Assembly (NCBI GenBank): GCA_020444175.1
Contig: JAHLLM010000005.1
Span: forward strand, 4,210 to 68,209
Source of the DNA: Desulfobulbaceae bacterium
GTDB lineage: Bacteria > Desulfobacterota > Desulfobulbia > Desulfobulbales > SURF-16
Direction of reading: 5' to 3'
DNA: 64,000 bases
Part shown: positions 55,135 through 63,758 of the stretch, piece after piece
How the letters are laid out: each line of letters opens with the position of its first letter
Position numbering within the stretch: position 1 is the first letter of the stretch
The notes under the pieces: generated by a model
Database searches by the model: none
The model's input: only the letters and a program-made list of their open reading frames with translations
What the model was told of the DNA's origin: nothing
Translations under genes and position numbers: made by a program

Positions 55135-57574
55135 TGGTTTCTGACTCCACTGTTCCATTTTCCACCCGAAAGGATACTGTTCCATGTTCTGCTGTATTGA
55201 ATATGCGGTATCCTTTTTTTCTGCATCTTTCCAGGATCTCGGGGCTGGGGAAACTGTTTTTTGCGTGCTTGCCGGCTGATATGACAACCACACACGGTTT
55301 GACCGCGGCAAGGAATTTTTCGCTGCTGGATGAGTTGCTGCCATGATGCGATAAGAGAAGAACTTCCGCCTTGATATCTTCTTTGCTGTTTACCAGTTCT
55401 TTTTCGGAAAATTCACTGATGTCTCCTGTGAAAACAAAGTTTGTCCCCTGGGTTGAGAGTTTGATCACCAGGCTCTTGTCATTCGGACTGGGTGTGTCTC
55501 TCGTCAGGTGAAGCGCTGCGGTATTTATGATCTGTGATCGATCATTTTTAAAAAGTATTTCCCCTTCGCTCGGAACATCTATTTTTATGCCCTGCTGTTC
55601 AGCCAGTGCAAGAAGTTCGGTATATTTTTTGTTCTTTCGGATATCTCCGTTAATCCACAGTTTTTCAGGGTGAAATCTCTCCAGAATAAAAGCAAGTCCG
55701 TTAAAATGATCGGCATCCGGATGGCTTATGATAACAGAATCAATACGCCGTATTCCCTTGCTCCATAAAAAGGGAGCTATCACTCCTTCCCCAACATTGA
55801 AGCGCGGAGAATAGGCGCCCCCGCCGTCGATAATTGTCCGGTAGCCTCCGGCCAGTTCAACAACAGCCCCATTGCCCTGTCCTACATCAAGAAAGGAAAT
55901 CGTGTCGGAATGACTGTGATTTATCCTGTAAGATCGGTAGGCCGGAATAAGGAGCAAAAAGATGAGACTGAAAACAGCTGCAATTTGGAATCTCCTTTTC
56001 TTAATCCCGCATAACAGGCTGAAAAGAAAAATATAGTAAAGACTTATTTCCAGAATGGTTGGAGTGGGCAGCCAGACAGAGCAAAATGAAAAGCCTGCTA
56101 TCCAGTCGGTAAACATGCGGGCAAGGATAATTCCCTGTGCGCCGAGCTGGAGGATGAAGTCGGCCGTCCCGGGCGCAATAAATATGAATGGAGCGCTGAT
56201 GAGGCCAAGGGTTAAAGACCAGAGGCAGAGAAGGGGTTCGGTTACCAGGGTGGAAAAGGCGGAGACCGTGGAAAACCTGTTAAAGTAAAAGAGCAGAAGG
56301 GGAAGAGTGCCCGCCTGGGCTGCAAGGGAAAGAAGAAAACCATTCTTGACTGCAAAGAGAAATTTTGTGGCACTTCGTTGCAGGCTGTTCCCCGGTTCCT
56401 TTGTTGTTATTGTAAGCAAGGTGATTTGAGGAAGAACAGCTGCAATTGTTATAACCGCTGCAAAGGAAAGCTGGAAGGAGGCTGTGAAAAGGCTTTCAGG
56501 CTGCAAAAGCAGGATGAGAAGTGCCGCGAGGGCAATATTGGTCGGTATGTGCCACTGTCTGTCAAAAAGGATAGCCAGCAGAAAAACCAGAGTCATGATG
56601 AGGGAGCGGACAACAGGAGTTTGAAAGCCTGCGATGAGGGCGTAACCGGTTAGCAGAGGAATAGAGACAAGGGCTGCAAGTTTCCAGGCCGGAGTGTGAA
56701 GGAGGAGCCATGATGAGCGTCTAGTCAGCCAGTTAGTCGCCGTGCCTATTCCAAAGGCAATGAGTCCCATATGAAGTCCTGAAATAGCAAGGAGGTGCAG
56801 AATGCCGGCAGCTTTAAAATTTTCAAGCGTATCTGAAGGTATACCGGCTCTGTCTCCTGTAAGGATTGCTTTGTAAAGTCCACTTGTCCCTGCCGGAAGA
56901 TGATTGTCGAGGAAAATGTTGATGTTATTGCGCGCCTGCTCCGGCAGGTAGCGAATCTTTGTGGAAAAATCAGTTTTTTCGAGAGCAAGAATATGTGCAG
57001 GGGATTTTATCCAGCCGGTTACCCAGATGGATTTATGGGCAAGAAAGTTCTTGTAGTTGAAACTTCCGGGTGAATTGTAGCCGGTCGGCCTTGATACCGT
57101 TGCTCTGACCATCAGTCGATCGCCGGGAGTGAGAGTCTGGGATGGTGTGCCCCTGATGGTGAGTTCAATTTTTCCGTGGACAGGGCGTATGTTGTATTCC
57201 TGTTCTGCAATGGTGGTTTCAGGCAAGGTTACAACGGATGGGGGAGTGAGGAGCGTGTCGGCCTGCATCAGCAGTTTGGTTCTATCCGCTCGTTTTTCTG
57301 GACTTTTCAGCAATACTCCTGTGAGAGTTGCTTCCTGTTTTTCTGTGAAAATGGTGTAAAGGCTGCTTTCTCCTTCAGGCGGACGCAGGTGAATTTTTCC
57401 GTGCAGGAAACCGCAGAAAAGGAGGAAGAGGAATAATGTGGGAAGTGTGAGAGGGGATTTTTTGCTCCAGAAAAAGAAGGTGCAGGCGCCAAGACTGAAA
57501 AGAAAGGAAAAGACTAATGGGAAAGAGAGTGAAATGGCTGGCGAGCAGGCTATGCCTGCGCTAAAGGCAATCAC
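55121..57574 (-). CDS. comEC: DNA internalization-related competence protein ComEC/Rec2
   Basis: 817 aa: DUF4131-like N-terminus, a polytopic competence domain (LLAISGLHMG), and a C-terminal metallo-beta-lactamase domain (ISHPDADH). Confidence 0.92.
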   Translation of the reverse strand: MIAFSAGIACSPAISLSFPLVFSFLFSLGACTFFFWSKKSPLTLPTLFLFLLFCGFLHGKIHLRPPEGESSLYTIFTEKQEATLTGVLLKSPEKRADRTKLLMQADTLLTPPSVVTLPETTIAEQEYNIRPVHGKIELTIRGTPSQTLTPGDRLMVRATVSRPTGYNSPGSFNYKNFLAHKSIWVTGWIKSPAHILALEKTDFSTKIRYLPEQARNNINIFLDNHLPAGTSGLYKAILTGDRAGIPSDTLENFKAAGILHLLAISGLHMGLIAFGIGTATNWLTRRSSWLLLHTPAWKLAALVSIPLLTGYALIAGFQTPVVRSLIMTLVFLLAILFDRQWHIPTNIALAALLILLLQPESLFTASFQLSFAAVITIAAVLPQITLLTITTKEPGNSLQRSATKFLFAVKNGFLLSLAAQAGTLPLLLFYFNRFSTVSAFSTLVTEPLLCLWSLTLGLISAPFIFIAPGTADFILQLGAQGIILARMFTDWIAGFSFCSVWLPTPTILEISLYYIFLFSLLCGIKKRRFQIAAVFSLIFLLLIPAYRSYRINHSHSDTISFLDVGQGNGAVVELAGGYRTIIDGGGAYSPRFNVGEGVIAPFLWSKGIRRIDSVIISHPDADHFNGLAFILERFHPEKLWINGDIRKNKKYTELLALAEQQGIKIDVPSEGEILFKNDRSQIINTAALHLTRDTPSPNDKSLVIKLSTQGTNFVFTGDISEFSEKELVNSKEDIKAEVLLLSHHGSNSSSSEKFLAAVKPCVVVISAGKHAKNSFPSPEILERCRKKGYRIFNTAEHGTVSFRVENGTVESETTIHQ

Positions 57575-57628
57575 TGCCTGAATGAGAAGATATGGTGTTT
57601 GTCGGAGTGGTCGGGGAGTCTTTCCGGC

Positions 57629-57662
57629 AAAGAAAGCGCTCCCCGCTGTATCAGGCGGGGAG
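57629..57662 (-). terminator. Probable terminator downstream of the sigma factor gene
   Basis: On the minus strand, CTCCCCGC-ctgataca-GCGGGGAG followed by CGCTTTCTTT. Confidence 0.5.
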
Positions 57663-57724
57663 CTGGGGCGATCTGTTGTGTTTCTGGTTCGTTTCTGCAG
57701 AATTTCCTGATGGCTCAGAAGGTA

Positions 57725-59050
57725 TCAATCGAGAAAGAATTTTAATTTTTCCCGCCTGCTTGAGTGGCGCAAACGATTCAGGGCCTTTTTCTCAATCTGG
57801 CGAATACGTTCGCGGGAGACATTAAACCGTTTACCTATTTCCTCCAGAGTGTACTCGGCATCTTCGCCAATGCCAAACCGAAGGCGTATAATTTTTTCTT
57901 CTCGTGGGCTCAGTGTGGCAAGTATTGTTGTTACCCTGTCGGCAAGTTCGTAGTTTTTTACTGCCTCGTAAGGTGATACTGATTCCTGGTTCTCCAGGAA
58001 ATCACCAAGGGTACTGTCGTCGTCACCAACAGGAGTCTCCAGTGAAATCGGTTCCCTGGATGCTTCGAGGATGGCGAGTATTTTATCCATGGGAAGCCCG
58101 GTTTTCTCAGATATCTCAATAGGAGTTGGTTCCCGTCCGAGTTCCTTGAGAAGAGAATAAAACGCTTTGAAAAACTGGCTTCGCAGTTCAAGAAAATGTA
58201 CCGGCAGGCGTATGGTACGTGTTTTGTCCAGAATGGCTCTGGTTATTGCCTGCCTGATCCACCAGCTTGCATAGGTGCTGAATTTGTTGCCTTTTTTGTA
58301 GTCAAAACGAAATACGGCCCGCATGAGGCCCAGGTTACCTTCCTGGATGAGATCGGCCAGGCTCAAGCCCTGGTGCATATAACGTTTGGCAATACTGACA
58401 ACAAGCCTCAGGTTTGCCTTGATCATGGCATCTTTGGCTGTTTCAATGGATCGGGTATAAAGCTTCACCCTGTGATGTGCTTCTTGAAGAACTGTGATTT
58501 CTCTATATTTAGCGGCAGCAGCACGAACCTGTCTGCGCATGTAGTTCAGGTGCTGTTTCTTTGGTTTGAGGGTTGGGTCGCGTTTTTCCCAAAGAGCGAT
58601 ACGTTCGACAAGAAGTTTGATTTCGGGCATACCCGAGTCGTCGGCGTGAATCGTTTTTATTATGGCATCAAAGCCTTCTCTGATGATTTTTGAGTACTTT
58701 TCTTCTTCTTCAGGGGTGAGAAGGTCAAAGCGTCCCATTTCCCTCAGGTAGGTTGTGGTGGTTTCTTCAACCTCCTGGGGTTCTTCCTTCTGGGGAGCGG
58801 ATTTTGCTCCACTCTTCTGATCGTCATCCGAGTCATCAGTTGCCTGCCAGTCATTCTTCCCTGATTTTTTTACTTTAGCTGCGTCTTCAGGGTTGACGAC
58901 ATCAATGTTTTTCTGGACAAGAAAATCCAAGATATTGTCTATGTAACTGACGTCTTTATCTTCCGGAATCAGGTCATTGAGGACGTCAATGCTTATACAT
59001 CCTGTTTCCTTCCCGGCTTTCAGAATTCTGTCTTTAATGTCGGCAGGCAC
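57725..59050 (-). CDS. rpoD: RNA polymerase sigma-70 family factor, RpoD-like (group 1/2)
   Basis: Regions 1.2 (YLREMGRFDLLTPEEE), 2 (NLRLVVSIAKRY...GLSLADLIQEGNLGLMRAVFRFD...KFSTYASWWIRQAI), 3 and 4 (TLEEIGKRFNVSRERIRQIE). I prefer GTG 59050 (7 nt after GGGAGA) over TTG 59056. Confidence 0.9.
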   Translation of the reverse strand: MPADIKDRILKAGKETGCISIDVLNDLIPEDKDVSYIDNILDFLVQKNIDVVNPEDAAKVKKSGKNDWQATDDSDDDQKSGAKSAPQKEEPQEVEETTTTYLREMGRFDLLTPEEEEKYSKIIREGFDAIIKTIHADDSGMPEIKLLVERIALWEKRDPTLKPKKQHLNYMRRQVRAAAAKYREITVLQEAHHRVKLYTRSIETAKDAMIKANLRLVVSIAKRYMHQGLSLADLIQEGNLGLMRAVFRFDYKKGNKFSTYASWWIRQAITRAILDKTRTIRLPVHFLELRSQFFKAFYSLLKELGREPTPIEISEKTGLPMDKILAILEASREPISLETPVGDDDSTLGDFLENQESVSPYEAVKNYELADRVTTILATLSPREEKIIRLRFGIGEDAEYTLEEIGKRFNVSRERIRQIEKKALNRLRHSSRREKLKFFLD

Positions 59051-59147
59051 TGACAATTCTCCCGAATAATAGGTCTTCTAGTGAGTCTGCAACCCATGCG
59101 AAAGGGTAATGTTAATGGGGGCGCTGAGCTGAGTGCGAAAACCACCT

Positions 59148-59176
59148 ATTTTATAATGTCTGTAAATATTTTGCAA
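59148..59176 (-). promoter_or_regulatory. Putative sigma-70 promoter of the sigma factor gene
   Basis: On the minus strand: TTGCAA (59176-59171), 17-nt spacer, TAAAAT (59153-59148). Confidence 0.4.
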
Positions 59177-59199
59177 TAAAAAAATACAGATTTGGTGTC

Positions 59200-59228
59200 T
59201 TGACTTTAATCTTTAGGTGTTCCATAAT
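59200..59228 (+). promoter_or_regulatory. Putative sigma-70 promoter upstream of malQ
   Basis: TTGACT (59200-59205), 17-nt spacer, CATAAT (59223-59228). Confidence 0.45.
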
Positions 59229-59396
59229 TTTCTGACCGGAAACGAATAAAAAAGTTCTCCTTATTTTCCGGTCTTCTTTGGGGGAGGGTGCAGCAAAAAA
59301 ACAAGAGGCTGTGTGCGTTGACTTTTCCTCCACGTCTGAGAGGTAAATGTCAAAGTTATTCTATCAAAACATAAAATCATATTACAAGTGAGAAAA

Positions 59397-60950
59397 ATGT
59401 TACTGCAAAGATCGTGTGGAATTCTTGTTCATATTACATCTCTCCCTGGTCCATATGGTGTTGGAGATTTGGACTCCGCCTGTTATTTTCTGGATTTTTT
59501 AGAAAAGGCAGGGCAGTCCTCCTGGCAGTTTTTGCCAACGGTTCCCGGGGTTGATGTCTTTGGCAATTCTCCTTACATGGGGCTTTCAGCTTTTGCAGGT
59601 AATCCACTGCTTATCAGTCCGGACCTGCTTTACGAAAAGGGGTTGCTGGAAAAAAGGGATCTGGTTCCTGCTCAACCCTTCTCTGAATACACGGTTGATT
59701 TTAATGCTGTGACTCATTTTAAAGAAAGCCTTTTCTTAAAAGCCTTCCGTCAATTCGAGGTGTATGGTCACTTTTTTGATGATTATGATCTTTTTTGTAA
59801 GAATCAGGCATGGCTGGATGACTATGCACTGTTCATGAGCCTCAGAGAAAAATATGAATTGCAGCCCTGGTATAAGTGGCCCAGAAAAATTGCGGTCCAT
59901 GATGCCAAAAGTCTTGCCAAGGCGTCAGGCGAGCTTGAAGACCGTATAAAGTATCACAAGTTTGTTCAGTATATTTTTTTCGAGCAGTGGCGGAGGATGC
60001 GTCAGGCGGCCAAAAAAAACGAAATAAGCCTCATCGGGGATATTCCGATTTACGTAGGGTATGACAGTGCCGACGTCTGGGCGAATCAAGGCTGCTTTGA
60101 TCTTGATAAGCGTACTTTAAAACCGAAAAATGTGGCAGGGGTGCCGCCTGATTATTTCAGTGATACGGGGCAGCGCTGGGGGAATCCGCTCTATAAGTGG
60201 AAAGTTGCGGCAAAACCAAATGAGCCTCTCTATCAATGGTGGGGACAGCGCTTTGTTCATATCGGTGAAATGGTGGATGTTGTGCGGATTGACCATTTCC
60301 GTGGTTTTGCCTCCTACTGGCAGGTGCCGGAAAAAGAAGAAACCGCCATACATGGTAAATGGGTCAAGGGGCCGGGTGCATTTTTCTTTAAGAGGCTGGA
60401 AAAAAAGACCAGAGGGCTCGACATCATTGCGGAAGATTTGGGAGTCATTACTCCTGATGTTATCAAATTGCGGGATTCACTCGGTTTCCCTGGTATGAAA
60501 ATACTTCAGTTTGCATTTGATTCTGACAACAAAAACACCTATCTGCCCCATAATTTTGATGATACTAATGCTGTTGTCTATACAGGAACCCATGATAATG
60601 ATACCACGGTAGGTTGGTATTATGATGACTCTGTTCCTCAGAGGGCTAAGGAGCGGGCCAGAAGATATGCAAACTCTGATGGGCAGATGATACACCGTGA
60701 TTTTATTCGTATGGCTTATTCTTCAGTGGCAAATCTTGCTGTCGTCCCTTTGCAGGATGTGCTTGGGTTTGGCAGTGACTGCCGGATGAATCGGCCCAGC
60801 ATTCCGGATGGCAACTGGATATGGCGTTGCGCTTCCCGCTTTCTCTCTGATGAGATCTGCCATTATTTGCGGGATGAGGCTCGGTTTTATGGCAGAGAAA
60901 AGGATGTTTTGAAAAAAGGAGAAAGTGATGCTCAAAGTATTGGCTTTTAA
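59397..60950 (+). CDS. malQ: 4-alpha-glucanotransferase (amylomaltase)
   Basis: R..GILLHITSLPG.YG.GDLG-type N-terminus, GDIPIYV, RIDHFRGF, IIAEDLG and THDNDT motifs. GTG 59388 is the alternative start. Confidence 0.93.
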   Translation: MLLQRSCGILVHITSLPGPYGVGDLDSACYFLDFLEKAGQSSWQFLPTVPGVDVFGNSPYMGLSAFAGNPLLISPDLLYEKGLLEKRDLVPAQPFSEYTVDFNAVTHFKESLFLKAFRQFEVYGHFFDDYDLFCKNQAWLDDYALFMSLREKYELQPWYKWPRKIAVHDAKSLAKASGELEDRIKYHKFVQYIFFEQWRRMRQAAKKNEISLIGDIPIYVGYDSADVWANQGCFDLDKRTLKPKNVAGVPPDYFSDTGQRWGNPLYKWKVAAKPNEPLYQWWGQRFVHIGEMVDVVRIDHFRGFASYWQVPEKEETAIHGKWVKGPGAFFFKRLEKKTRGLDIIAEDLGVITPDVIKLRDSLGFPGMKILQFAFDSDNKNTYLPHNFDDTNAVVYTGTHDNDTTVGWYYDDSVPQRAKERARRYANSDGQMIHRDFIRMAYSSVANLAVVPLQDVLGFGSDCRMNRPSIPDGNWIWRCASRFLSDEICHYLRDEARFYGREKDVLKKGESDAQSIGF

Positions 60951-61512
60951 CGGTTCGCCACGGAGGAAGGGGAATACGGAAGTTTTACTTGCTGCCGTGG
61001 AAAAGGGCATTTTGTCTGCCGGAGGTGAAATGGAGATTGTGAGACTGGCTGATTTGGATATTTCTCCATGTATAAGCTGCGGTGGCTGTGACAAAACAGG
61101 GGTCTGCGTCGTTGAGGACGGAATGACCGCATTATATGAAAAGATTGATGGCTCCAGGAGGATCATCCTTGCTTCGCCTATCTATTTTTATAGTATTACG
61201 GCCCAGGCAAAGGCATTTGTTGACAGGAGCCAGGCAATGTGGAGCAAGAAGTATCTTCTTAAAAAAAAGGGGGAATGGCAGGAAGACCCTGATCGGCTTG
61301 GGTATTTTGTGTCCGTGGCTGCTACCAGAGGGGAAAAAATTTTTGAAGGAGCGGAATTGACTGCCAGGTATTTTTATGACGCTATTGGTTTTCATTACTG
61401 CAATTCTTTGCTGGTAAAGGGGATTGATAAACGGGGTGAGATGGCTGCAGCCGAAGAAAAGATCAAAGCAGGGGAGGAGTTCGGCCGGAAAATAGCGGCG
61501 GGAGACTGTTAA
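60928..61512 (+). CDS. Iron-sulfur flavoprotein (NADPH-dependent FMN reductase / flavodoxin-like fold)
   Basis: MLKVLAFNGSPRRKGNT, the compact Cys motif CISCGGCDKTGVC, and SPIYF.S..AQ.K.F.DR. Confidence 0.85.
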   Translation: MLKVLAFNGSPRRKGNTEVLLAAVEKGILSAGGEMEIVRLADLDISPCISCGGCDKTGVCVVEDGMTALYEKIDGSRRIILASPIYFYSITAQAKAFVDRSQAMWSKKYLLKKKGEWQEDPDRLGYFVSVAATRGEKIFEGAELTARYFYDAIGFHYCNSLLVKGIDKRGEMAAAEEKIKAGEEFGRKIAAGDC

Positions 61513-61759
61513 GAAATGTCGGAGTGGGTGAAATACTCCTTGATGGGGGAAATGACCCGTTGATGTGTGGGGTGTGGCAAATGACCCATGTGGTTTTCCC
61601 CTTTTTTGGACAAAGTAAATTTTTTTTATTCGTGGTTAACTTGCTGAAAAGATGAAGGATGTAAAAAATGTTGAGGTTAAAGAAAGCTGTTGGATTGGAA
61701 ATTGCTATTTAGTATCCTGAAAATTGCACATATAAATTTTTAGTATCGATGATTGCGAA

Positions 61760-61827
61760 TAAAAAAAGGTCAGAGAGACCCCCATCTCTCTGACCTTGCT
61801 CCGAAAAAGGAGTAAAAAATGAATGCT
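61760..61827 (-). ncRNA. Predicted ~68-nt cis-antisense small RNA (candidate type I antitoxin)
   Basis: Lies between a consensus minus-strand promoter and a perfect 12-bp stem (61796-61767, loop TGGGGG on the minus strand) plus a U6-7 tail. Complementary to the SD, the start codon and the first codons of the 61819-61902 ORF. Confidence 0.5.
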
Positions 61828-61902
61828 TCTTCAATTATATTTACCTTAAGTCTACTTTGTCAAGTATTTATATTTATCTTTTTTATACTTCGGCATGGAT
61901 AA
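61819..61902 (+). CDS. 27-aa hydrophobic peptide (candidate type I toxin), not in the ORF track
   Basis: AAGGAG, 6 nt, ATG. Peptide MNASSIIFTLSLLCQVFIFIFFILRHG: one TM-length hydrophobic stretch with a polar/basic C-terminus. Followed by a bidirectional terminator. Confidence 0.4.
   Translation: MNASSIIFTLSLLCQVFIFIFFILRHG
61834..61863 (-). promoter_or_regulatory. Consensus sigma-70 promoter on the minus strand, inside the small ORF
   Basis: The reverse complement reads TTGACA (61863-61858), an 18-nt spacer aagtagacttaaggtaaa, then TATAAT (61839-61834). Confidence 0.6.
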
Positions 61903-61933
61903 AAAGACATGTAGATAAAAAAAGTGTGCAATT

Positions 61934-61968
61934 AAAAAAAGCAAGGCTATTTGCCTTGCTTTTTTTTT
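61934..61968. terminator. Bidirectional rho-independent terminator
   Basis: A7 run, GCAAGGC-tatt-GCCTTGC, then a T10 run. Confidence 0.8.
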
Positions 61969-62044
61969 ACCTGAAATTCTTTCTGGTTAGCTGTTTTGGG
62001 AGATTGGGCAATCTGAAATGGTTTTTTGTGTCGCGATATAGTTC

Positions 62045-62073
62045 TTGACAAAGCTTTCTTTTTCTTTTAGTTA
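62045..62073 (+). promoter_or_regulatory. Putative promoter of tRNA-Glu
   Basis: TTGACA (62045-62050), 17-nt spacer, weak -10 TAGTTA (62068-62073), ~20 nt upstream of the tRNA 5' end. Confidence 0.35.
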
Positions 62074-62091
62074 AACGCCACAAACCGTTAA

Positions 62092-62166
<75 letters not shown>

Positions 62167-62180
62167 ATGTGAGAATGTAA

Positions 62181-62217
62181 AGGAGCTTGCCTTATGATAG
62201 GTCTGCTCCTTTTTTTT
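62181..62217 (+). terminator. Rho-independent terminator after tRNA-Glu
   Basis: AGGAGC...GCTCCT stem with inner CCT/AGG pairs, followed by T7. Confidence 0.6.
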
Positions 62218-62335
62218 ATGTCATATCGGTGAAAAGCTGCTTTTTCATTTTTAGTACCCCAAGAACCAGCCAGCCAGTCATAACCTTCAAAAAATCAATA
62301 AATACGCCGCTGATCACCTTTCCTATGAGCAATTG

Positions 62336-62365
62336 TTGACAAAAATATCTTAACCTGCATATAAC
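62336..62365 (+). promoter_or_regulatory. Putative sigma-70 promoter of the Pmp3-like gene
   Basis: TTGACA (62336-62341), 18-nt spacer, TATAAC (62360-62365). Confidence 0.5.
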
Positions 62366-62423
62366 AATCAAAAGAGGTTGTTGGTTTTTCTGTTGCAGTA
62401 ATAAAAAACAGGGGTGACCAGTT

Positions 62424-62585
62424 ATGGAGCTTTTTAAAATTATCTGTGCAATAATACTTCCACCTTTGGGAGTATTCCTTCAGGTTGGAATCGGGAAACA
62501 TTTCTGGATTAATATTATTCTCACCTTACTAGGCTATGTCCCCGGCATTGTCCATGCCGTATGGGTGGTTGCAAAAAAGAAGTAA
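62424..62585 (+). CDS. Pmp3/YqaE (UPF0057) family small membrane proteolipid, 53 aa (below the ORF-track cutoff)
   Basis: MELFKIICAIILPPLGVFLQVGIGKHFWINIILTLLGYVPGIVHAVWVVAKKK. The ILPPLGV...LT.LG..PG..HA pattern is characteristic of the family. Confidence 0.8.
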   Translation: MELFKIICAIILPPLGVFLQVGIGKHFWINIILTLLGYVPGIVHAVWVVAKKK

Positions 62586-62684
62586 TCATGTACTGTAATG
62601 TGCATTGCCCCAGCGCTCTTTTGTTGTGCGGCTATTATGATTTTTTTGTTTTATTTCAGTGGAATGGCATTATTTGATGAATCA

Positions 62685-63032
62685 ATGAAAAAAGTGGTAA
62701 AAATGAAAAGAATAAGCGTACTCATCTGGTTGTTTGCAGGTTTGGTTTTAATTTCATGTTCCGTGCCTGTAAAATTCGGTCAACCTCTTGCTATGGATAA
62801 GATTCAGGGAATTTCAAAAGGGCTCAGCTCTCAAGATGTTGAGACGCTGCTGGGAGAACCTCTGACTGTTGGTCGAAACAAGGAGGGGCAAGAGACCTGG
62901 AGCTGGTATTACCTGCAGGCCGATTTGCCTGCCAAGCCCGGAAAAGACCCGGTGGTTCAGCGACTAACAATCAGTTTTGACCAAGGACAGGTTGTCTCCA
63001 CTGAGTATGATATGTCTAAGACCGGCAAATAA
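62685..63032 (+). CDS. Small outer-membrane lipoprotein, BamE/SmpA-OmlA-like
   Basis: Lipobox LVLISC after MKKVVKMKRISVLIWLFAG. The mature part (GLSSQDVETLLGEPL...W.Y) resembles BamE. Start ATG 62685 or 62703; the ORF-track start 62598 is unlikely. Confidence 0.55.
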   Translation: MKKVVKMKRISVLIWLFAGLVLISCSVPVKFGQPLAMDKIQGISKGLSSQDVETLLGEPLTVGRNKEGQETWSWYYLQADLPAKPGKDPVVQRLTISFDQGQVVSTEYDMSKTGK

Positions 63033-63151
63033 CATATTCACAGTCTATATATTCACTGGTTTTTTGGATGAATCTTTTTTCCATTCGGCCTCTCATGCTG
63101 AAGGCATAAATCCTGATTTTTTAATTCACTTGCTCTGTGGTGGAAGAAAAA

Positions 63152-63475
63152 ATGAAAGTAGATTACAGAAATCAAGCGCTGAAGATCTTGCCGTGGGTCT
63201 GTGCCAAGTGCGGTCGTGAGTTTGCCGGTAAAAAACTGCGTGAGCTGACGGTTCATCACAAAGATCATAATTATATGAATAATCCACCGGACGGCAGCAA
63301 CTGGGAGCTGTTGTGCATCTATTGTCACGATAACGAGCACTCCCGATCTCTGGAAGCTGAATGGCAGAACACTCAAGTTTCTGATATTGAAAAAGGCCCG
63401 ACAGCAACCCATAGTCCCTTTTCAGATCTCAAAAAAATGTTGGGCGGGACCGGCGATCACAATAAAAAAAAATGA
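63152..63475 (+). CDS. yajD: HNH nuclease family protein YajD
   Basis: ALKI.PWVC..C.REF....LRELTVHH.DH...NNP.DGSNWELLC.YCHD.EHS is nearly collinear with E. coli YajD as I recall it. Start taken at ATG 63152. Confidence 0.9.
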   Translation: MKVDYRNQALKILPWVCAKCGREFAGKKLRELTVHHKDHNYMNNPPDGSNWELLCIYCHDNEHSRSLEAEWQNTQVSDIEKGPTATHSPFSDLKKMLGGTGDHNKKK

Positions 63476-63758
63476 AGAGGAATGATTTCAATACATTGAT
63501 TCAAAATCTGTTTGACAATGACTCAGGCCTGGCAAATCCGGCGGGAATTTTTTGTTTTATGAGCCTGACTTTTTGTTGAAAGAAGTATATTTGGTATTAT
63601 ATTTAGTTTACAATGAAAAAGAGTCGATTACCGGAGAGATCGGCGGCCTTTTTTCTTAAATAAATGAAAAAGAATAGTAGACGATATTTTGCAGCAAAAT
63701 TGATTCAAAGAGGAGGTTCACAACTGAGGAGTTCTTTCCTGTGATAAGGAAAGGAAAA

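Noticed and set aside
61857-62048. 63-aa plus-strand ORF in the flavoprotein/tRNA-Glu spacer
   Set aside because: It has a non-ATG start and reads straight through the strong bidirectional terminator (61934-61968). It is AT-rich and low-complexity. The 27-codon ORF with a real SD is the better candidate.
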